The notes below the pieces were generated by a model. It searched no databases and had not been told where the DNA came from. It saw only the letters and a list, made by a program, of their open reading frames with translations. This document shows, piece by piece, positions 20,245 to 29,330 of a stretch of DNA of 32,000 nucleotides; position 1 is the stretch's first letter, and each line of letters opens with the position of its first letter. This DNA is from Aliivibrio fischeri ES114. Lineage in GTDB: Bacteria > Pseudomonadota > Gammaproteobacteria > Enterobacterales > Vibrionaceae. Location: the NCBI RefSeq assembly GCF_000011805.1, contig NC_006841.2. One strand, given 5' to 3'. Both the position numbers and the translations under genes were made by a program.

Positions 20245-21585
20245 CTATAAAGGAAAGGTAAGCAAAAAAGTGGTTTTCTTTCCTTCTGATTGAACGGAAA
20301 TATCGCCGTTATGTAGATTCACAATTGAACGCACAATAGTTAAGCCTAAGCCTGCACCTGTGCTACTTGAATGTTGTCTGGATTTGTCTGCTCGATAAAA
20401 GCGTTCAAAAATAAAAGGTAAATCTTTATCAGGAATCTTATCTCCTATATTCGAGATAGATAACACGATGTTACTGTGGTTTTCCTCAATCTTAATTTGA
20501 ATATTGCTATCAGGTGCAGAGTGACGTATAGCGTTAGAGAGTAGATTATTTGCTACGCGTTGTATCATGGATTTATCACCCCAAAGAGATCCGTTCCCTG
20601 ATAGATGAATTGTTACTCCTGTTTCTTCAGACACAATGCTGTAGTACTCAATAATAGGGGCGAAGAGTTGCTCTAAATCTAATTGCATATTGTCTTTTAG
20701 TAATAAGTCATTTTCAGATTTAGCAAGATACAAGGTATCGTTAATTGTTTTGTTAATGCGTTCTAATTCTTCTAAGTTTGAAGATAAGATCTCTTGATAT
20801 TCATGAGGTGTTCTTGGTTGCGATAAGGTGACATGAGTCTGAGTCATAATATTTGAGAGTGGCGTTTTTAATTCATGAGCGATATCAGATGAAAAATCAC
20901 TGAGTCGTTCAAACCCAAGTTCTAATCGATCAAGCATCTGGTTTTGTATTTTTGCAAGTTCAACCAACTCGTTGGGTAAGTGTTCATCAGACAATCGAAT
21001 ACTTAGCTTATTTGGCTGAACTTGTTTGATGCGATCTTGTAAATATTGCAGAGGTTTAAACCCCATATTTACGATGATAAAGCTGCAAATGAAAGAGAGT
21101 AGGCTCGCGATACTAATTGACCATATTAAAATGCCTTTTAGTCTTTTATTGAACTCGATGTGATGATCAATATTAATACCAATAAGCAGTCCGGTATAAT
21201 TATTCTCGTTTTCTAGTGGGTAGTAGAGTGTTCTAAATGTACTTCCTGCATAAGTCCATTCGTTGATTTTTTTTGATTGTTTAAAGGCGCTGTCATTTGG
21301 AATTACATTGGTATTTTGTGTCAATGTGCCATTATCATTGGCAATCCAAATGTTAATACCGCGACTTTTTAAGGAAGCAAAAATTTCACTGCTAGTTATG
21401 CCTTCATTTTCTAATAAGACGAAAATGGAAGTCCGATTGGCGTTAATTAAACGGAGATCTTCTTCATAAAAATGGGATTGGACTAGGTATTGAATGGCAA
21501 AACCTAAGCCAATAAAGACAAATACAGAGGTAGAGAAAAACATTAATGTCAGTTTTAGTTTCATTGATAAGTAATGTTTTTTCAT
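20245..21585 (-). CDS. Heavy-metal-type sensor histidine kinase, CusS-like
   Basis: TM-periplasm-TM-HAMP layout; H-box 'FSSDIAHELKTPLSNIM'; N-box 'NLLSNAIRHS'; G-box 'GAGLGLTIV'; overlaps/abuts an OmpR-family RR gene. Confidence 0.88.
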   Translation of the reverse strand: MKKHYLSMKLKLTLMFFSTSVFVFIGLGFAIQYLVQSHFYEEDLRLINANRTSIFVLLENEGITSSEIFASLKSRGINIWIANDNGTLTQNTNVIPNDSAFKQSKKINEWTYAGSTFRTLYYPLENENNYTGLLIGINIDHHIEFNKRLKGILIWSISIASLLSFICSFIIVNMGFKPLQYLQDRIKQVQPNKLSIRLSDEHLPNELVELAKIQNQMLDRLELGFERLSDFSSDIAHELKTPLSNIMTQTHVTLSQPRTPHEYQEILSSNLEELERINKTINDTLYLAKSENDLLLKDNMQLDLEQLFAPIIEYYSIVSEETGVTIHLSGNGSLWGDKSMIQRVANNLLSNAIRHSAPDSNIQIKIEENHSNIVLSISNIGDKIPDKDLPFIFERFYRADKSRQHSSSTGAGLGLTIVRSIVNLHNGDISVQSEGKKTTFLLTFPL

Positions 21586-21589
21586 ATAA

Positions 21590-22270
21590 CTAGCACTCGT
21601 CCATTTTATAACCCATACCGCGAACAGTATGAATTAGTGGGGTGTCGTAGGGTTTATCTATTTTAGAACGAAGTCGTTTTACCGCGACATCAATGACATT
21701 GGTATCACTATCAAAGTTCATGTCCCAAATCAGGGAGGCGATTGTTGTTCTTGATAATACTTCCCCTTGTTTACGCATAAATAACTCAAGTAATGAAAAC
21801 TCTTTTGCAGTAAGGGTAATATTATCTTGGTTTCTTGTGGCGGTTCGTTTTAACAGATCCAATTTTAAATCATGCAAAACTAACTCATTTGATGATGGTT
21901 GCGAAATCACTGATTTTGCTCTGAGGGCATTTTCAACACGAGCTTTTAGTTCAGCAAAAGCAAAGGGTTTAATTAGGTAATCATTTGCACCTAATTCAAA
22001 CCCTTTCACTCTATCATCAATTTGATCTTTGGCGGTGAGCATAATGATTGGCGTATCATTTTCACAATTCCGTAGTGTTTGTAGAATTTGCCAACCATTT
22101 AGCTTAGGTAACATGACATCTAAGATGATTAAGTCGTATTGATTGGTGGTTGCGTTATATAAACCATCAGCACCATCTTGTGATAGATCAACAGTATAAC
22201 CTGACTCTGTTAATCCCTTTTTTAGGTACTCTCCTGTTTTTGTTTCATCTTCGATAATAAGTAGTTTCAT
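21590..22270 (-). CDS. OmpR-family response regulator, CusR-like
   Basis: 'MKLLIIEDETKTGEYLKKGLTESGYTVDLSQDGADGL...LDVMLPKLNGW' plus C-terminal wHTH 'VDVAVKRLRSKID...IHTVRGMGYKM'. Start taken at the internal Met; the ORF opens at 22303. Confidence 0.9.
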   Translation of the reverse strand: MKLLIIEDETKTGEYLKKGLTESGYTVDLSQDGADGLYNATTNQYDLIILDVMLPKLNGWQILQTLRNCENDTPIIMLTAKDQIDDRVKGFELGANDYLIKPFAFAELKARVENALRAKSVISQPSSNELVLHDLKLDLLKRTATRNQDNITLTAKEFSLLELFMRKQGEVLSRTTIASLIWDMNFDSDTNVIDVAVKRLRSKIDKPYDTPLIHTVRGMGYKMDEC

Positions 22271-22373
22271 ATCATTACTTCTTTCTGCATGGAGAATAAT
22301 CAATGGTTATCAATACAATATAGACGTATCGTTCTTAGATGACACGTTGATTTAAAGAAAATAACATAAAAAA

Positions 22374-22805
22374 TTAGTCATTTGAGTTGCGTTCTAAATA
22401 ATGATATTTCGCATGAATTAATCCAGTGTATTGTATTTGTCCTTGCATGTTCATTGTTTCTTGAACGGTAATATAACTATCGTCATCTAAGCCAATACTT
22501 TGCGTTGTTGTTGATTCAAATGATGCGACTTTTAGTGCTTTTTTCAGTTCTTTCGGTGTACTTTCATCTAATTGATTTAATTTAGTTAACGCTTGATTAT
22601 AAGCCGCTTGTTTTGTTGATACGCTATCAGTGTGAATTACCGCACTGTTACTTTTACTAATGTAGTTACCGCTTGTGATTACTGGGTTTGCCATTGCGCT
22701 TGAGCTTGCAACAATAATTAGAGTAGTTAAAGCAAGTGATTTGAATGATTTCATAATAGACTCCTTAATGAGCTTTTCTTGTTTAAGTAGGTTCATCATA
22801 ATCAA
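22374..22805 (-). CDS. Small secreted protein (possibly DUF3316 family)
   Basis: Signal peptide 'MKSFKSLALTTLIIVASSSAMANP' (probable start at the internal Met of the ORF), then a ~100-aa mature region. The family name is a recalled resemblance. Confidence 0.6.
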   Translation of the reverse strand: MIMMNLLKQEKLIKESIMKSFKSLALTTLIIVASSSAMANPVITSGNYISKSNSAVIHTDSVSTKQAAYNQALTKLNQLDESTPKELKKALKVASFESTTTQSIGLDDDSYITVQETMNMQGQIQYTGLIHAKYHYLERNSND

Positions 22806-22948
22806 GTGATGGTAACAACAAAGGGTCTATTGAATGACATTTTTGTCATCTTTATTTTTGTGTTGTGTCGCTTAATTCAATTCACTATTGCACTCTTAAT
22901 TACTGACGAATAGAATGCGAACGATTTTCATTTTAATGGTAAGTAAAC

Positions 22949-23614
22949 GTGTCCCGTATTTTAGTTGTTGATGACGACATTGAGCTATGCAATTTGTTGC
23001 AAGAAGTATTACAAGATGAAGGCTATGATGTCGATTGCGTACATTGTGGCGAAAGTGCTCTGGAATTTATTCAAACGCACTCCATAGATCTCGTTTTGCT
23101 TGATGTAATGCTACCAAAGCTAGATGGTTACCAAGTGGCTCGACGTATATGTCAGCGTTTTGCTACTCCTATCCTTATGCTTACGGCTTTAGGCGATGAA
23201 GCGTCTATGCTTGATGGATTGCAAGCGGGGGCGGATCATTTCATTGCGAAACCTTTTAATGTGCCAGAACTACTTGCAAGGATCACTGCGATTTTACGTC
23301 GTGTAGGGCTTGAACGTCAGCGTCAAAGCTATGTAGGTGCAACGGAAGATTTAGCAGAACAATTTTTACGTCTACCTTTAACTGAAACGGAATCAGAATT
23401 ACTGCAATACTTAATTAAAAATACGGACGTTGTTGTATCTAAAGCTGATTTACAAACCAATATTTTGAAAAAAGAGTTATGTCCATTTGACCGTAATTTG
23501 GATATGCATATTAGTAATATCCGCCGTAAATTATTGCAATCAGGCTTATCAAAGCAGCATATTAAAACGGTTCGTGGGCGTGGTTATAGTTTTATTAAAG
23601 TGGTTAATGGATAG
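22949..23614 (+). CDS. OmpR-family response regulator, CpxR-like (GTG start)
   Basis: 'MSRILVVDDDIELCNLLQEVLQDEGYDVDCVHCGESALEFIQTHSIDLVLLDVMLPKLDGYQVAR' and 'MHISNIRRKLL...IKTVRGRGYSFI'. Confidence 0.9.
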   Translation: MSRILVVDDDIELCNLLQEVLQDEGYDVDCVHCGESALEFIQTHSIDLVLLDVMLPKLDGYQVARRICQRFATPILMLTALGDEASMLDGLQAGADHFIAKPFNVPELLARITAILRRVGLERQRQSYVGATEDLAEQFLRLPLTETESELLQYLIKNTDVVVSKADLQTNILKKELCPFDRNLDMHISNIRRKLLQSGLSKQHIKTVRGRGYSFIKVVNG

Positions 23615-23619
23615 GGGGA

Positions 23620-25008
23620 ATGACGTTGCTTCGATGGTTTGAGTCGTGTCCCTCTTTTATTTGCAAATATAAAAATGGCCTAGCATTTCGTTTATTTAGT
23701 GCTTTTGCTGTGAGTCTATTTTTAATTATCTCTTTGCAAAGCTTGGCCGAAATTGCGTTGATGAAATCTATGCTCCGTATTCCTAGCTCTATTCAGACTA
23801 AGATGCTGGATTTGGCCGAGCAGGCAAATATCTTGATCGAAGAAGGGGATATGGATGAGTTAGCGGATTGGGCGAGTGCACAAGAGTACTATTTATTTGT
23901 TTTGGACCAAAATAACCGCCCAATTACACATCGCGATATGCATCCTCATTTTGAGTTTAAACTGAAATTTTTACGCCCTTTAAATACGCAATTGGATAAT
24001 GAAGTTAATCAACCCATTATTGGTATTCCGTTAGAAAACGGATTAACTATTGTGATTCAAATGCCGTATCAATATCACCCAGCTAATAATTTTCCTCTTT
24101 ATTTTGGGATTATTAAGTTAGTTATTTCTGTATTGATATTAGGGTTATTCTCTTGGGTTATTGCACGATATTTACAGCGACCTTTAGATAAGTTGAGAGA
24201 GGTTAGTCATAAGCTTGCTCAAGGTGATTTTGACGTAAAGGTGAGTGACGAAATTGGAAATTCGGTTCGAGAGTTCAGTGAATTAGCTCATGATTTTGAT
24301 AACATGACGCATGAAATTCACTCGCTAGCAGAAAAGCAACAGCGACTTATTCGTGATGTTTCGCATGAGTTAAGAACTCCATTAGCTCGGCATAATCTTG
24401 CGCTTCATTTATTAAAAAAGAAGGTTGCTCCTGATTATATTCACTTAGTTAACCGTTTGGAAAATGAATCTAATGAGATGAATGATTTAGTTGGAGAAAT
24501 CTTAGAATTTAGTCGATTAGAGAATTCTCGCTATAACACTAAACTAGAGCCTGTATTACTTGAAAGCTGTATCTCCGCACAAGTGATTCAAAGCCGCATG
24601 GATTTAGGACCGACACAATGTTTGGATTTTATCTGCTCTAAAGAAGCTCCAGTTGTTCATGCTGAACCTCGCTTAGTAACTCGAGTGGTTAAAAACTTAA
24701 TCACCAATGCGATTAAGTACGCTGGCGATAATGCATATATTCAAGTGGTTATCACAGAATATCGAAGCCGTGAGAAAAACCATGTGGCAATTATTGTTGA
24801 AGATAATGGCCCAGGCATACCAGAAGATCAGCTCTTAAATATATTCTCCCCCTTTACACGCTTAGAGTCGGCAAGAGATAAGCAATCAGGTGGTTATGGA
24901 CTCGGTTTGGCTATTGTAAAAGAGTCTATGTTTGTTATGAAAGGAAGTGTTGTTGCTGATAATCGTAAAGAAGGTGGATTAAGAGTGATGTTGTTGTTTC
25001 CAGTTTAA
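23620..25008 (+). CDS. Sensor histidine kinase, CpxA-like
   Basis: HAMP; H-box 'IRDVSHELRTPLARHNLAL'; 'NLITNAIKYAG'; 'VEDNGPGIPEDQLLNIFSPFTRLESARDKQSGGYGLGLAIV'; 5 nt after the RR gene. Confidence 0.9.
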   Translation: MTLLRWFESCPSFICKYKNGLAFRLFSAFAVSLFLIISLQSLAEIALMKSMLRIPSSIQTKMLDLAEQANILIEEGDMDELADWASAQEYYLFVLDQNNRPITHRDMHPHFEFKLKFLRPLNTQLDNEVNQPIIGIPLENGLTIVIQMPYQYHPANNFPLYFGIIKLVISVLILGLFSWVIARYLQRPLDKLREVSHKLAQGDFDVKVSDEIGNSVREFSELAHDFDNMTHEIHSLAEKQQRLIRDVSHELRTPLARHNLALHLLKKKVAPDYIHLVNRLENESNEMNDLVGEILEFSRLENSRYNTKLEPVLLESCISAQVIQSRMDLGPTQCLDFICSKEAPVVHAEPRLVTRVVKNLITNAIKYAGDNAYIQVVITEYRSREKNHVAIIVEDNGPGIPEDQLLNIFSPFTRLESARDKQSGGYGLGLAIVKESMFVMKGSVVADNRKEGGLRVMLLFPV

Positions 25009-25034
25009 AATACAATAACTTTAGTGTTAATAAT

Positions 25035-25072
25035 AAAGGCTAATTCTATAAAATTTAGGATTAGCCTTTTTT
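25035..25072 (+). terminator. Rho-independent terminator separating the CpxRA-like pair from the motor-like cluster
   Basis: AAAGGCTAAT ... ATTAGCCTTTTTT. Confidence 0.8.
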
Positions 25073-25222
25073 GTTATATATATTCATAAAACATATTAAA
25101 TAAATATATTTCACGGATATCGAATATTATTTTGTTATTGATTTCATAAGAGGGTTTTCATGATGATTATGCTAGTTGTTGCATTTAAAACTTAATGTAT
25201 ACTGCGCCGAATTATTTGGCTA

Positions 25223-26275
25223 GTGTATATTTTAGGTAAAATTTTGTTTAATAAATTATTAATTATCTTATGCGGTGTTATTTTTTGTAATATGGCCGTG
25301 GCGTCTTCTAATATAAAGACATCATCAGAAATTTCATTATCAACTTCTTCTATTTATGACTTTTTGGAACGTGATGAATCTTGGTTTGCGATTAAAGATA
25401 TTGCAGAGAAGAAAAACATTAACTCTGTAACTATCTACTTTCAAGGAAAGATTGATAATAACGTAACTCAAAGTCAAGTTGATGATATCAATGCGTTATT
25501 AACAACAAAGATGCAAGAATCAGGCTTATTGGTTCGTGATTGTCTTGAGTGTAATAAGACTCGACTTCATTTAACTAAAACCTCTATTAAATATCAACGT
25601 GGACTTGAAAGTAATAAAGAGTTGCGTTTACTGGGTCAAGAAATTCAATCTGACGCATTTTTAATGTGGCGAATGGGTTTAAGTGATTCCTCTCAAAATA
25701 TTACTCTTTCTTTAGTTCAGGCCGAAAATAATGAAACGATTTGGGCTGATGGTTATTTAATGACTAAAAAAGAAGAAGAAATTAAGAAGGAATTGAACCC
25801 ACACCAGTTTGGCTTCGCTATGAGCTATATTGATTTAAGTGGTGATGCCAAAGTTAATGGAGAAAGTCATGGTACTTTTAGTAACGTGACTGATTTTAGT
25901 CTTCGTTATTACACTCGTCATTTACCTAGTGAACGTTTGCATTTTGCTGTTATTGCAAATTACTTCCAAAATACGGATAGAAATAACTTATTTAATGTTG
26001 AAGGTGGTGGTATTGAAGGGCGTGTTTTATACACTTTAACTCCTTCTTGGCCGTCTCCGAGTTTATATATTGGTGCTGGTTCTCAATTCGTTGAAGGAAA
26101 GAACAGTTTCGCGATGCGTTCAGGTGTTGAATTTGCCTATATGAAGAATGGTTTTTTTGATATCGGTGTCGCTTATATTGAAAAGAACTCTTTCAAGAGT
26201 AAGCACCAAGGTGATGTTGTGACTGGCAAGTTTGGCGGTGCGGCTGTTGATTTTACTATTGGTTTTCGTTTCTAA
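25223..26275 (+). CDS. Predicted outer-membrane protein: FlgO/CsgG/TolB-like periplasmic N-domain fused to a beta-barrel C-domain
   Basis: Signal peptide; N-domain 'INALLTTKMQESGLLVRDC...QEIQSDAFLMWRMGLSDSSQNITLSLVQAENNETIWADGYLM'; alternating amphipathic strands ending 'GGAAVDFTIGFRF' (C-terminal Phe, typical of OM barrels). The start codon is uncertain (GTG 25223 or TTG 25244). Confidence 0.7.
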   Translation: MYILGKILFNKLLIILCGVIFCNMAVASSNIKTSSEISLSTSSIYDFLERDESWFAIKDIAEKKNINSVTIYFQGKIDNNVTQSQVDDINALLTTKMQESGLLVRDCLECNKTRLHLTKTSIKYQRGLESNKELRLLGQEIQSDAFLMWRMGLSDSSQNITLSLVQAENNETIWADGYLMTKKEEEIKKELNPHQFGFAMSYIDLSGDAKVNGESHGTFSNVTDFSLRYYTRHLPSERLHFAVIANYFQNTDRNNLFNVEGGGIEGRVLYTLTPSWPSPSLYIGAGSQFVEGKNSFAMRSGVEFAYMKNGFFDIGVAYIEKNSFKSKHQGDVVTGKFGGAAVDFTIGFRF

Positions 26276-26284
26276 GGGGCTGTT

Positions 26285-26827
26285 ATGAAAAAGCGTATTT
26301 TATTTGTTTCAGCCATTGCTATTCAATGCATGATGACTTCAATGGCATTGGCTAATGATATTACATCTCAGCAAACAGCAGAGAATATTCCTTTTGAAAA
26401 GAATCAATTATCTGTTCGATTGAATGGGGAACAATATCGTTCGGCGTTTCAAATTGACTTGTCTGATCCAAATTTGATTTTGACTATTGATACTGATCTT
26501 ATTCCTGAGGAAGACATTGATGCTTTGTTACCTGAATTAAATGATTCAGAAGAAGCTCAAGTTTCAGCATTTAATGAGCCTAAATCATTAGCTTTACGTA
26601 TAGAAGCAAAAGAAAAAGCGGCTAATGGTGATTTTGTAGGGGCCCTTGCCTTATTAAATGAAGCTGAAGCACTAACAGAAAACCCTGCAAAAGTACTGTC
26701 AATGAAAGGTAGTGTTCACTATAAGCTGAACCAAGTTGAATTGGCGATAGTGTCATGGAAAAAAGCATTAGAACTTGATCCATCACTTACAGAAGTCTCT
26801 GACATTATTCAATGGTTGGAAAAATAA
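26285..26827 (+). CDS. Periplasmic TPR-containing protein
   Basis: Signal peptide 'MKKRILFVSAIAIQCMMTSMALA'; TPR-like 'GDFVGALALLNEAEALTENPAKVLSMKGSVHYKLNQVELAIVSWKKALELDPS'. Confidence 0.75.
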   Translation: MKKRILFVSAIAIQCMMTSMALANDITSQQTAENIPFEKNQLSVRLNGEQYRSAFQIDLSDPNLILTIDTDLIPEEDIDALLPELNDSEEAQVSAFNEPKSLALRIEAKEKAANGDFVGALALLNEAEALTENPAKVLSMKGSVHYKLNQVELAIVSWKKALELDPSLTEVSDIIQWLEK

Positions 26828-26829
26828 GA

Positions 26830-28551
26830 ATGAAATCGTGTATTCGTTTTGTATGCATTAGCTTTTTATTTATTACCTCAATTGTTTTCGCGCAAACGTC
26901 GTTGCAGTTGGACCAAATGTCTTTTACTGCGGAATTAGAGCAACGACTTAATAGCGATATTGAACGAATTGCAGGTAAGAATATACATGTGCTTTCTATT
27001 CAGGCTGAGTTTATTCGTGAGGAGGTTGATGCTTCAACATCTAAACCGATAGTTGCTAAACAAAAACCAGAAGTAAAAAACGTTATTATGGATGATGCTC
27101 CTGAGCTTCCAGGCTTAGCAGGCATGTCTGCTTTCAATAAGAATACTGCTGCAAAAGTGTCGACAGTAAGCGAGGAAGTAGAGCAGCAAGAAGATGCGTT
27201 AGATAATGAACAAGTATCTAAAACGGAGAAAATGATCCGTTCTTTATCAACTACATTGTTATTAGATAATAGTGTGGATAAAGATACAGAGTTGCTTATT
27301 CGCAATCTGTTACTTGAGAAGTTGGAATACAACCCAATGAGAGGGGATCGTCTTGAGATTATTCGGATGGATATGGCTCCTGTATCAGAAATAACGGGAT
27401 CATCTATCGCACACTATTGGTGGGTGTTGGTTTTATTATTACTATTATTAGTTATTGGTTACTTACTTGCACGTAATCGTAAAGTATCTACAAAAGAAGT
27501 GGGTGTTAATGAAGTAAGTTCATTGCCTCCAATGCCTGAGCAATTGTTAGATACGAAAAAAGGCGAACTGAAAGCGTGTCGACAACAATTGGTTAAGTAC
27601 AGTTTGAGTGAACCTCAAAAAGTAGATGCGGTACTTCGTCGTTTAAGTTTGAATGAACAAAATATCCCTATGTTCGCTTCTTGTTATCAGGAACTAGGAC
27701 GTTCGTTGTTTACTTCAATGTTTCCTGCGTTAAATGAACATATTCCAGCGTATTTGAAGTATTTAGAAACGAACCCTGCTGATTATGATCGCTTGGTGAG
27801 AGATTTAACGGATTTACAATATTTATTAGTTGATGCGGTTTCTTCTGAGCAATTTGAACATCGCAGTCGACCATTTTCGTTTTTAGATAAATTGAGTATT
27901 AATCAAATTCGTTGGGTATTAGATGATGAGCCATTGCGCATTAAAGCATTAGTCTTAAGCCAATTGCCATCAGAAAGCTCAGCTAAGTTCTTATCAACGT
28001 TTACGGCTGAAGAACAAGCATTAATAGCAATAGAGATAGTTCAGTTTGATTCCATGCCAATGGCGACATTTGGTGAGATTGCCTCATCACTTGCTGCTAA
28101 AGCTCAATCGGTACCTGATTTTGAAACTGTAAGAACCGATGGTAATCAAATGTTGATGTCGTTACTTGATGGAATGAATTTACGTCAGCAAAACGATTTG
28201 TTAGATCAGCTAAGAGTGTCTTCGCCAGAAGCATATTTAAATCTACGTAAGGTGTACTACATTTTTGATGACGTGCTTAGAACGCCAACAGTCATTTTAA
28301 GCAATATATTACGCAGTATGAATCCTGAAATTTTAGCATTAGCGTTGATTAATTTAGATGATGAACAAGTCGCAGTCATTCTTTCAGGATTCCCTGAACG
28401 TATGATTGAAATGATTAAAGCTGAAATGGTGCGTTATAAAGATGCGTCGTATGATGAGCAAAACTCAGCAAAACAACAAGTTGTGATGTTAATGCGCCAA
28501 GCTATTGGAAATAAACAATTTACAATGAATGATTTGGAGTCTGTAGCATGA
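26830..28551 (+). CDS. Membrane-anchored FliF/FliG hybrid-like protein (secreted N-domain, one internal TM, cytoplasmic FliG middle and C-terminal domains)
   Basis: Signal peptide; FliF-like 'AELEQRLNSDIERIAGKNIHVLSIQAEFIREEV'; TM 'HYWWVLVLLLLLLVIGYLLAR'; FliG-M-like 'RIKALVLSQLPSESSAKFLSTFTAEEQALIAIEIVQF...' and 'GNQMLMSLLDGMNLRQQNDLLDQLRVSSPEAYLNLRKVYYIFDDVL'; FliG-C-like 'LSNILRSMNPEILALALINLDDEQVAVILSGFPERMIEMIKAEM'. Start probably at 26830; the ORF opens at 26812. Confidence 0.78.
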   Translation: MKSCIRFVCISFLFITSIVFAQTSLQLDQMSFTAELEQRLNSDIERIAGKNIHVLSIQAEFIREEVDASTSKPIVAKQKPEVKNVIMDDAPELPGLAGMSAFNKNTAAKVSTVSEEVEQQEDALDNEQVSKTEKMIRSLSTTLLLDNSVDKDTELLIRNLLLEKLEYNPMRGDRLEIIRMDMAPVSEITGSSIAHYWWVLVLLLLLLVIGYLLARNRKVSTKEVGVNEVSSLPPMPEQLLDTKKGELKACRQQLVKYSLSEPQKVDAVLRRLSLNEQNIPMFASCYQELGRSLFTSMFPALNEHIPAYLKYLETNPADYDRLVRDLTDLQYLLVDAVSSEQFEHRSRPFSFLDKLSINQIRWVLDDEPLRIKALVLSQLPSESSAKFLSTFTAEEQALIAIEIVQFDSMPMATFGEIASSLAAKAQSVPDFETVRTDGNQMLMSLLDGMNLRQQNDLLDQLRVSSPEAYLNLRKVYYIFDDVLRTPTVILSNILRSMNPEILALALINLDDEQVAVILSGFPERMIEMIKAEMVRYKDASYDEQNSAKQQVVMLMRQAIGNKQFTMNDLESVA

Positions 28552-29330
28552 TCTCATTCAGTACTATTACCGGCTTATTGATGGCGTTTGGTGTATTAAT
28601 TGGTGCAGTAACAATGAGTACCGATAAATACATGTTATTTGTGAGTTTATCGAGTTTTCTTATTGTGCTTGGTGGAACATTAACTGCGGCGTTAATCAGT
28701 TATTCATACCCACTTATTTTGTCTTCGTTTAAAGGGTTACTTGTTAACTTGCTTGACGAGACAAACGTGACGAAATTTAAGCACGCATCAATCAAAAGAA
28801 CAGTTGAATGGAATCAGATCTTTCGATCAAGCGGCATGTCGGGTTTAGAAAATTCGTTAAATGATAATGAAAAAAATGACCCATTTATCCGTTTAGGTGT
28901 AGAACTTATTGGAACTGGTTATAAAGGTGAAGAGCTTAAAAAATTACTAGATGAAAGTAATCATAGTCAATATAAGCAAGAAATGACGCAAGCTGAGGTC
29001 TTAAACTCAATGGGTACTTATGCACCTGGTTTTGGCATGATTGGTACATTGATTGGTTTGATTATTATGCTTGATAATTTAAATGGTGATATGGCTGCTT
29101 TAGGTAATGGTTTAGCTGTTGCTTTATTGACGACTCTCTATGGCATTTTATTAGCTCAAGTGTTTTTCAAACCCGCAGCAATTCGTATTAGTCGTCGAGT
29201 AAATACCAATTTTGATAATCGTGAAATGCAAATTAATGCGTTTGTATTAATGACAGAAAAACGTCCTGATTTGTACTTACAAGATTCAATGAATGTACAT
29301 TTGCCGTTTAAGAAAAGGTTAGCGTCTTAA
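28548..29330 (+). CDS. MotA/PomA-family stator protein
   Basis: 'KNDPFIRLGVELIGTGYKGEELKKLLDE...GTYAPGFGMIGTLIGLIIMLDNLNGDMAALGNGLAVALLTTLYGILLAQVFFKPAA', strongly PomA-like. The start overlaps the upstream stop (ATGA). Confidence 0.93.
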   Translation: MISFSTITGLLMAFGVLIGAVTMSTDKYMLFVSLSSFLIVLGGTLTAALISYSYPLILSSFKGLLVNLLDETNVTKFKHASIKRTVEWNQIFRSSGMSGLENSLNDNEKNDPFIRLGVELIGTGYKGEELKKLLDESNHSQYKQEMTQAEVLNSMGTYAPGFGMIGTLIGLIIMLDNLNGDMAALGNGLAVALLTTLYGILLAQVFFKPAAIRISRRVNTNFDNREMQINAFVLMTEKRPDLYLQDSMNVHLPFKKRLAS

